This document shows, one piece after another, positions 1 to 7,517 of a DNA stretch of 24,000 nt (position 1 is its first letter; every line of letters starts with the position of its first letter). Under the pieces are notes generated by a model, which worked only from the letters and a program-made list of their open reading frames with translations, ran no database searches and was not told the origin of the DNA. The position numbers and the translations under genes are program-made. This DNA is from an uncultured Ureaplasma sp. (GTDB lineage Bacteria > Bacillota_I > Bacilli_A > Mycoplasmatales > Mycoplasmoidaceae), in contig CALUPI010000033.1 in the NCBI GenBank assembly GCA_944322645.1, forward strand, positions 1-24,000, written 5' to 3'.

Positions 1-51
1 AAACATTTTGTCAATTAAATATCTTTCTTCTTTATTTAGTTGATAATACAT
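1..51 (-). CDS. 5' end of a minus-strand CDS running off the window (17 codons visible: MYYQLNKEERYLIDKMF). Function unknown; the N-terminus is faintly reminiscent of IS30-type transposase HTH starts.
   Basis: The reverse complement of 1-64 reads gtcAGGAGaaatt ATG TAT TAT CAA CTA AAT AAA GAA GAA AGA TAT TTA ATT GAC AAA ATG TTT. A good SD (AGGAG) lies 5 nt upstream of the ATG at 51-49. Only 17 aa are visible, so the product is not assignable. Confidence 0.3.
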   Translation of the reverse strand, partial: MYYQLNKEERYLIDKMF

Positions 52-125
52 AATTTCTCCTGACAAAATAAAAATAACAACCACAACTATATTATATAGT
101 GTTGCAGTTGTTATTTGAATGTGGG

Positions 126-152
126 AAGCATTGATAATCAATGCTTTTTTTA
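126..152 (+). terminator. Orphan rho-independent-terminator-like hairpin with no plus-strand gene upstream in the window
   Basis: A perfect 8-9 bp stem (A)AGCATTGA (126/127-134) pairs with TCAATGCT(T) (138-145/146) around loop TAA, followed by a T-run (146-150, then more T). On the minus strand it is not followed by a T-run. Confidence 0.45.
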
Positions 153-216
153 TTATTTTTTTTAAAATTTTTATATAATTAAATTGTAATTATTCTAGAA
201 GAGGTGGTGAATAAAC

Positions 217-387
217 ATGTCAAGAACTGTTATTGTTGAAGATAATGATGTTGAAAAAGCATTAAAAAAATTTAAAAGAATTGCTAATGAAACTAAAAAA
301 GATACAAAACGTCATGAATATTATTTAAGACCAGGTCTTCGTAGAAAAGAAAAATCAAAAGAAGCTAGAAAACATAAAATATATTAA
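217..387 (+). CDS. rpsU: 30S ribosomal protein bS21
   Basis: 56-codon ORF MSRTVIVEDNDVEKALKKFKRIANETKKDTKRHEYYLRPGLRRKEKSKEARKHKIY. It has the typical S21 size and basic C-terminus (EYY.RPG.RRKEK). An SD-like GAGGTGGTGA sits at 201-210. The ORF is missing from the supplied track, presumably because of its short length. Confidence 0.93.
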   Translation: MSRTVIVEDNDVEKALKKFKRIANETKKDTKRHEYYLRPGLRRKEKSKEARKHKIY

Positions 388-411
388 TACGGTTAATTCC
401 GTATTTTTTTA
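387..411 (+). terminator. Intrinsic terminator after rpsU
   Basis: Stem ATACGG (387-392) pairs with CCGTAT (399-404) around loop TTAATT, running into a T7 tract (404-410). Confidence 0.7.
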
Positions 412-471
412 TTTTATAAATATATTAGTAAAAAAAATTTTTTAAACATTTATTATTATTGGGTGAAAAAA

Positions 472-2340
472 ATGAAAATAATTAATCAAACTAGTAATAA
501 TGAATGTGGCATTTGTGCTATTAATATGATAATTAATTATTATTATCATTCTGATAGAGACCGAAAATTAGAAATCTATTCATATACTAAAAACATGGAT
601 AAAAATGGAATTAGTATGATAGAAATAGAAAATATATTTCAAAAATTTAATATTAATGCTATTTCATATGAATGTAAGTTTTCTGAAATCTTTAGTATAA
701 ATTCACCATTTATAATGGTAATGAAATATAATGATAATCTTCATTATGTAGTAGGTAAAGTTAAGAATAATAAATTATATATTTATGATCCTATTGGCAA
801 AGTTAAAATTTATACTAAAAATGACAAATTAAATGAATTCTTAGGTTATGTAATATGCACTAGCTATAAAAAACAAAAAATTAAACCTATAAATTTAAAT
901 TTAAAAATTATTAAAAATGTATCAATAACAATGAATATTATTTTTACATTTATTAATACATTTGAATTCATTTTTTCATTATTAATATCATTTATTTTAT
1001 CTAAAATTGTTAATATTAATTTTGAACAAACATTTGAGGAAAGTATATGAAAAATATGTTTTATATATATTGTCATATTACTATTAAGCGAATTATTTAA
1101 TTATCTAAATAAAATTATTAAAAATTTTTATTTTTCAAAAGTATTTCCAGCAAGTATTGATATTTTCTGACAAAAAATTAATAATAAAACATCTTCTTTT
1201 TTTCAAATGTACTCAATACATGAATTATCACAAATTTATATGTATACATATAAAATAATAAATTTTATTTGTATATATACATCTGATATATTTTCAGATA
1301 TGATAGTGCTAATTTTAAGTTTTATTCTTGGAATCATTATTAATCCCCTCAATTTATATTTTTATTTATTATTAATATTAATTAATTTCTTTATTATGTA
1401 TTTAAATATAAAATTAGACAAAAAACTGGTTAATTTTGCACATAAACAAAATCCAATACATGATAAAAAAATACTCAATTTTTTTGAAAACAAAATTAAT
1501 AATATAAATTATCAAACAGACACAAAAATATCAAAAGAAATTCAACTTGAACTTAATAATACTTTATGAAAAACAATTGAAATTCAAAATAAAATAAGTT
1601 TATTAGATTGTATAGATAAAATAATCAATTCTTTAATTCAATTCATATTAATAATTTTAATAATTAAAAATGAAAATGATTTTAGCTTAATTTTTTTAAA
1701 CTTAAATATTGTAAATTTATATAATAAATCATTAAAATCAATTTTAAATTATCTAAATGAGTATTCAAATATTAACTTAATTTTGGATATAGTTAAAAAA
1801 ATATATTCTATTAATGAAAATAATAATTCAAAAATAATACCATTTAAAAAAATAGATAATATTATTATTGGTAATAATAATTATTCAAAAAATATATGTA
1901 TTAATACAAAAGATATTTTAGAAAATCCATTTATTAATAATCTAATAAATTTAAATGAATTTGACTATTCAATTAAAATAAATGGTATTGACATAAATAA
2001 AATCAATAAAAGTTTATTTATAAAAAAAATGTTAATATTAATTACCCCAAAAAAATATAAAAATAATAATATAAGTACATTTTTATCAAACTCTGTTTAT
2101 GAATATTGTTCTCAAATTGATAAGGATTTTAATAGAGAAATAAATTTATTAATAATATTATCAAATTTAATAAATGAAGAAAATAAATTAATCATTTTAA
2201 ATGATAATCTATTAGATATAGATGATGATTTTTTTCAAAAAGAAATTAAAAAAATGTTATTAGAAATTAATAAAAAAAATTTTTTAATAAGTAATTGTAA
2301 TAATAAAAAAATTATTGATATTTATGATAACTTTATCTAA
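472..2340 (+). CDS. Peptidase-C39-domain ABC exporter (PCAT, bacteriocin-processing/export type) with a degenerate nucleotide-binding domain
   Basis: Track ORFs 463-1050, 1207-1569 and 1783-2340 are all in the same frame. They are separated only by TGA codons, and I saw no TAA/TAG on reading through, giving one ORF of about 622-625 codons. The N-terminus INQTSNNECGICAINMIINYY ... NLHYVVG ... YIYDPIG matches the C39 Gln/Cys/His/Asp pattern (Q-x5-C-G, HxVV, DP). The middle holds several hydrophobic TM segments. The C-terminus aligns to an ABC NBD (IKINGIDINKI..., KLIILNDNLLDIDDD), but the Walker A, signature, Walker B Glu and H-loop are all substituted. The start is either ATG 472 (SD-like GGGTGA at 461-466) or GTG 463. 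Confidence 0.8.
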
Positions 2341-2689
2341 TCAATGAAAAAAAATTATTATTATCGTATCAATTATTATTTTTTTAATAATATTTTGCAT
2401 TTTATTTATTGTACTTTTCAAATTTGATAAATATTATGAATCGTATTTTCAAAATTATAATGGAACTGAATATTTAATTGTTAATAAACAAACATATCAT
2501 TTTTTAAATCTTCAAGGACAAATTAGTATAAAATATAATGATCTAAATTATTCTATAAATTATCAATTTATAAATAAATATGATGATATGTATGTATTTA
2601 TTACAGATTTTAATAAACAAATACAAAATAATAATATATGTTATATACTTGTTAAAAATATAACAATATTCGATTTATTGAAAGGATAA
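2324..2689 (+). CDS. Small single-pass membrane protein (121 aa); candidate accessory or immunity protein of the peptide-export locus
   Basis: ATG 2324 overlaps the PCAT stop by 17 nt. Translation: MITLSNQ-W-KKIIIIVSIIIFLIIFCILFIVLFKFDKYYESYFQNYNGTEYLIVNKQ...ITIFDLLKG*. An in-frame TGA at 2345-2347 hides it from the standard-code track. It has one strong N-terminal TM helix and then a polar domain of about 90 aa. The stop at 2687-2689 lies 1 nt before the next ATG. Confidence 0.55.
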
Positions 2690-2690
2690 T

Positions 2691-2951
2691 ATGAAAATAT
2701 TAAACAATGAAAAAAAAGTTAAAATTTATGGATCTGGTGGATACCCTTGAAACACTTCACTATTTACAGCTATGAGTTGTCAAGCGGTTAATAGTATATT
2801 AGGCTTAGTAAACCAAATTATATACAATAATAATAGTAATCCAGCTTTTAAAACTTCCAAAAGTTATGATGATACATCATCAAGAATGTATATAAGGGCA
2901 AGTAAAAATGCTTTATCATCAACATTATCATATGGGAGTCCGTATTTTTAA
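2691..2951 (+). CDS. Double-glycine-leader peptide A (86 aa precursor); candidate bacteriocin or secreted peptide
   Basis: MKILNNEKKVKIYGSGG YPWNTSLFTAMSCQAVNSILGLVNQIIYNNNSNPAFKTSKSYDDTSSRMYIRASKNALSSTLSYGSPYF*. The leader aligns without gaps to that of peptide B. There is an in-frame TGA (Trp20) at 2748-2750, and the stop at 2949-2951 overlaps the next ATG (TAATG). Confidence 0.6.
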
Positions 2952-3169
2952 TGAAACAATTAAATAATAATATTAAACAAATAAAAGCTGGTGGAATTTT
3001 TGGATATGGAGGTTGAGGTTTTGCTACAATGGCTAACGTATTAATAAATGGTGCGGTTGGGATAGTTAGTAATTCATTGAATATTGCAAATTCTGCTAAA
3101 CATTCTTCCAATCAACCAAATTATGTATATAAACCTACATTATCAACAAAATTTAATTTATTTAATTAA
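2951..3169 (+). CDS. Double-glycine-leader peptide B (72 aa precursor); candidate bacteriocin or secreted peptide
   Basis: MKQLNNNIKQIKAGG IFGYGGWGFATMANVLINGAVGIVSNSLNIANSAKHSSNQPNYVYKPTLSTKFNLFN*. It has a 15-aa leader ending in GG with Leu at -12 and Met at -15, then a Gly-rich hydrophobic core. There is an in-frame TGA (Trp22) at 3014-3016. It is translationally coupled to peptide A. Confidence 0.65.
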
Positions 3170-3973
3170 ATTATAAAAATATTTCATTTTCAAATGCATT
3201 TTTAAACGATAACGTAATATTTTCAAACTAAATGAATTAGAAAATGTTCATTGATAAGAAAAACAAATAGCTACAAAGCTCATTTCTAATAATAAGAAAT
3301 AATCTAATTTTGCAATTTCACTATATATTAATATTTCATTCTTTTTTCATATAGTTTCTTTAATTAAATTAGCAAAATCTCAATATGGATGATTAATTCT
3401 TGATCATTCAAAATCAATAAACTTAATTTTATTATTATTCGAGATTAAGATATTTTCTAAATTTAAGTCATTATGACTAAAACCCCAAAAAGTAGTAGAA
3501 ATTTTTTCTACTATTTTTTTGTATTTTGTTAAATATATTTTTTTTAATTTACATTTTGGTAAAAAAATATAATAGTCATGTCTTAAAATATTAGAACCAG
3601 AAACATCAAGTGAATGATATTGGTTAATTTCATTAAAAATATTATTTAAAATATCTCTATTTTTGAGATCCTTTTTGTTTAATACTCTGCCTTTAATTCA
3701 AATTTTTATAGCATTTCCATTTTTTATATCATAATACAAATAATCATTATTATGAATTAGATTTAAACATCTATATTCATTATTTCTATTGACAATATCA
3801 TTATTATTCCCAATTCTGACTTGATATTTATTATTATCATTCATAATAAAGCAAAAAGAAGTGTTAGTAAAACCATGATGTATTTTTTTAATAAATTTAA
3901 TATCATCTAATTTATATTTATTTTTAAAAAAAGTTAAAAACATTTTGATTGCAATTTTTTTTGATTTAATCAT
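3158..3973 (-). CDS. Choline/aminoglycoside phosphotransferase-family kinase (LicA/APH-like)
   Basis: Track ORF 3698-3973 continues through four TGA codons to TAA at 3160-3158 (271 aa). It contains GFTNTSF (nucleotide-binding region), the Brenner catalytic motif HNDLNLENIL (HxDxxxxN) and IDFEW (the DxE/DFG-equivalent), typical of choline-kinase/APH-fold enzymes. Confidence 0.7.
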
Positions 3974-3989
3974 ATATTATAATAATAAT

Positions 3990-4703
3990 ATGAAATCTAA
4001 TAAACATATATTAATAATTCCAAATTATGATCAAAAATTAGAAATTATTCAAAAAAAATATACTAATATTATTGAAAAACAATCTAATATTGAGTTTTTT
4101 TCATGGGAACAATTTTATGATTTAGGTAATCAAATAACATTTGATATATATTTTGAAAAAATACAAAAATTCTTAAAAACTCAATCTAATAAAAATACAA
4201 TTATTATTGCCGAAGGAATAAGTGCAGCTCTTGTAAATTCTATTGATTTTGAATTTAATAAAAAAATTTTGATTTCGCCTGTATTTGCAAAATCATATGT
4301 AAATCCATATACTACTAATCTTCCTTCATATAAACCAAATGTTAAAAATTATATTTTAAAAATTCAAAAAGAGTATTTTAATAGTCATATAAATTATTGA
4401 AATTGAGATCAATATCTAAAATTAAATTATGAATTTTATATTCAACATTATGATTTTTTTGATACAGTTATTGCACAATTTAGCATATATGAAAACTTAA
4501 AAAAAATCTATAAAAATGAAAAAAAATTCCTGAAAAATACTTTTATATTAGCAGGTATATATAATAAACAATCAATATTCAAAAAAGTTTTGAAATATTG
4601 CAAAAAATATAATTTAACATTAATTCCATTTAATTATTCATCTGAACATTTAATAGACGAAGAAAAAATTTATTTTAAGAATGTAATTAATAAAATTATT
4701 TAA
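3990..4703 (+). CDS. Hypothetical protein, possibly alpha/beta-hydrolase-like
   Basis: MKSNKHILIIPNYDQ... The likely start is ATG 3990, inside track ORF 3945-4400. It continues through TGA codons at 4398 and 4404 to TAA at 4701-4703 (237 aa). IIIAEGISAALV weakly resembles a GxSxG nucleophile elbow. I recognise no other motif. Confidence 0.5.
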
Positions 4704-5676
4704 TTTTATTTCAAACTAAATCTAAAAATTTTTTAGCATCAACATTCATATAACATATATCATACAATGTAGTAAACAATGGTAAATTAAGATTAAATTT
4801 CAAAATATATTTATAAATATAATCAATTGTTTTATAACCTTCCACAGTTTGATCTTTTAAATCAATTAATGTTTGATTAAGTCCTTTTTGTCCTATTTCA
4901 TAACCAAAACGATAATTACGTGACATGTCGCTGCTACATGTTAAAAATATATCACCAACACCAAAAAAATTTAATAATTTGCTATCATTGTGACCAGTTA
5001 ATGTAGAAATTATTTTTTGAATTTCACTTAATCCAATTGTTAAAAATGCAGATTGAGTATTCATAGAATTATCCAAAAATGATACTAAACCTAATGCAAT
5101 TGCTAAAGAATTTTTAATTGATGATACTAATGATGCAACATATTCATCGCCAAAATATACTAATTTGAAGTATGAATTATTAAAAATTGAACTAACATAA
5201 TTTGCAACATCAACAGAATCTGAAACTACATTAATAATAGTTTTGTGTTTATTCAAAAGATCTTCTGCAAATGATGGGCCAACAATTAATGCATACTTTT
5301 TAATTTTATTCCCTTCAAATAAATCTGATCAAACACCAGATTTTGATGTTGGATTTAATCCTTTTGCAGAATTAATTATTGTTATATTTTCATTTAAAAA
5401 TGGACTTATTTCATTATATATAGATTCTAGCGATTTAGATGGTGCACACAATAAAATAATATCAATATTTTCATTGAATGCTGCTAAATAATTATCAAAG
5501 CATTTTTTAGGAGATAAAATTTTAATCTTCGGAAAAAGAGGATGTTGACCAGACATTATTTTTTTGGATACATCTATATTTTTAGAATAAAAATAAACAT
5601 TATGTTTATTTTCAATTAATGGCTGACTTAATGCAGTTCCAAAAGCGCCAGATCCTATTATTAATATATTTGCCAT
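4696..5676 (-). CDS. gpsA: NAD(P)H-dependent glycerol-3-phosphate dehydrogenase
   Basis: Track ORFs 5329-5676 and 4711-5256 are in one frame, joined through TGA (326 aa). It has an N-terminal Rossmann motif MANILIIGSGAFGTAL, an internal GPSFAED, and ...KNSLAIALG...GVGDIFLTCSSDMSRNYRFG..., characteristic of GpsA. The SD AAAGGAG (reverse complement of 5684-5690) lies upstream. Confidence 0.92.
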
Positions 5677-5688
5677 TTTTATTCTCCT

Positions 5689-7002
5689 TTAATTATTTTT
5701 TTCTTTTCAAAATAAAGTAATAGGGATATTTAATAATCCAAATGCCTCACGAATTTTATTTTCTATATATCTTGCATAACTAAAATGCAAAAACTTTGGA
5801 TTATTACAAAAAATTACAAATGTTTGGATTTGACTTTGAACTTGTGTTACATAGGAAATTCTAATTCTACCACCTTTAAAAATTGGTGCTTCTTGCATCA
5901 TTTGTGCATTTAATACAATTTCATTTAATAATGATGTGGAAATTTTCTTATTTACTTCATTTCTAATTAATGTTAATGTTTCAAAAATTGTATCTAATCT
6001 TCTTTTTTCTTTTGCACTAATAAATACAATTGGGGCTCAAGATAAATACTTAAATTGATTTCTTATTAATTTAATATATGCAGACATAGTGTAATTATCT
6101 TTATTGACAGCATCTCATTTATTGACCACTATTATTGTAGGGATATTAGCCTTATGAGCTAATCCACCAATCACTTCATCTAATTCACTAAACTCTTTTG
6201 AACCATCAATCATAAATAAAATACAATCAGATTTCTTGATAGCATGTTCAGCTCTCAATACAGAATACTTTTCTACATTATCAACAATTTTACCTTTTCT
6301 TCTAATTCCAGCAGTGTCAGTGATGGTAAATTTTTCCTTATGATAGGTAAAATCAACATCTATACTATCTCTTGTAGAACCAGCAATGTCACTTACAATT
6401 ACTCTTTCTTCATTAATAATTGAATTTACTAAACTTGATTTTCCAACATTAGGTTTACCTATAATACAGAATTTGTAAGTATCATTATTAATTTCTTTAC
6501 AATTTAATTTTGTTTCAAACTTTATTATCTCATCTAATAAATCTCCAATACCAATACCATGTGCAGATGAAATAAAATATGGTTCGCCAAAACCTAATGA
6601 ATAAAATTGATTTAAATTATCTCTTGCAGATCCTTTTTCTGCCTTATTAACTACTAAAATAACTTTTTTATTTTTTGCTTTTTTTCTTAATAATTTTGAT
6701 ATATAAAAATCATTAGAATCGATTCCGTTTTTGGCAGAGACAACAAAAAGAATGATATTTGCCTCATCAATTGCAAAATCAACCTGTAAATTAATATTAT
6801 CTTGAAAATTTGCCTTAGAATTTTGAATTCCTCCAGTATCGATTAATTCAATATTTCTAGTCAATCACTCAGCAGTATCATAAATTCTATCTCTGGTAAC
6901 ACCTGGTTGATCATCTACAATAGATTTATTTTTGCCAATAATTCTATTAAATAAAGTTGATTTTCCAACATTAGGTTTACCAACAATTGCAACAGTTAAC
7001 AT
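5689..7002 (-). CDS. der: Ribosome-associated GTPase Der (EngA), double GTPase domain
   Basis: It starts [23 protein letters not shown] (first G1 motif), has DTGG, then a second G1 motif [20 protein letters not shown] and NK.D, followed by a KH-like C-terminus (...[16 protein letters not shown]...). The three track fragments share one frame through TGA codons (437 aa). The der-gpsA order is as in Firmicutes. Confidence 0.93.
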
Positions 7003-7023
7003 ATATTATATTTTATTATATTT

Positions 7024-7419
7024 TTAACTACTTATTGAAAAATCTAATACATCAAAATTGATTAATAAATCATATAAATGTCTTAATGCATTTTTACGTT
7101 TTACAAAATATGAACTTTGACTATATGGTGTTTGTGAATAATGAATATTGTCTATATATGTTGTTTTTAAGATATTTCTTTCATCTTCATTTAGTTCATT
7201 CAAAATTAAATCTATTAAATTAATAAATTTAGACATTTTTTGTAATTTAATATTAATTTCATGTTCTTCTGCATTTATGATTTTATTAATTATTTCTTCC
7301 TTTTTAATCAATTCGATATGTTCAACTTTAAATTTATAATTTTTATATGTTCTAAATAGATATTTTGCATCCTTAATAAATTTTTTTTCATCCATAAAAG
7401 AATCACCTACTTTTGACAT
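7024..7419 (-). CDS. Hypothetical small protein with a sigma-70 region-4 / ArpU-RinA-like C-terminus (possible transcription factor)
   Basis: 131-aa ORF ending with TAA. The C-terminus LNEDERNILKTTYIDN....YSQSSYFVKRKNALRHL resembles the L..ER.I....Y...(HTH)...S.sTyyR.k.kAL pattern of small sigma/ArpU-type activators. An alternative start is ATG 7395 (MDEKKF), preceded by AGGTGA. Confidence 0.55.
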   Translation of the reverse strand: MSKVGDSFMDEKKFIKDAKYLFRTYKNYKFKVEHIELIKKEEIINKIINAEEHEINIKLQKMSKFINLIDLILNELNEDERNILKTTYIDNIHYSQTPYSQSSYFVKRKNALRHLYDLLINFDVLDFSISS

Positions 7420-7517
7420 ATATTTAGTATATATTTATTCAAAAAATATATACTCCATTTTTTTTACAATTTTATTCTAAATCAAAAAAAAATGATTATT
7501 TACATATATAAAATAGT

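Noticed and set aside
864-1076. Antisense and alternative-frame track ORFs: 864-1076(-), 5243-5491(+), 7148-7339(+), 10956-11147(-), 14353-14556(-), 16231-16452(-), 17583-17774(+)
   Set aside because: Each lies entirely within a longer, motif-supported gene on the other strand (PCAT, gpsA, the sigma-like ORF, leuS, the SHOCT gene, the MATE-like gene, ferritin). Their compositions are low-complexity I/L/F/K-rich, as expected from antisense AT-rich coding DNA.
2344-2430. 28-codon ORF MKKNYYYRINYYFFNNILHFIYCTFQIW from the obvious ATG after the PCAT stop
   Set aside because: The overlapping frame starting at ATG 2324 stays open for 121 codons, with a clean TM helix, and ends 1 nt before the next gene. 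The short ORF is a low-complexity alternative frame.
2848-3111. Track ORF of 87 aa on the minus strand (MEECLAEFAIFNELL...)
   Set aside because: It lies exactly antisense to the two leader-peptide genes. It has no SD or recognisable motif, and it exists only because the sense strand is coding. The plus-strand reading (table 4) gives two coupled peptides with homologous leaders.
3945-3989. The N-terminal 15 codons (MIAIFFDLIIYYNNN) of track ORF 3945-4400
   Set aside because: They overlap the start of the divergent kinase gene. The internal ATG 3990 (MKSNKHILIIP...) gives a more typical N-terminus. The extension is probably not translated, though I cannot exclude it.
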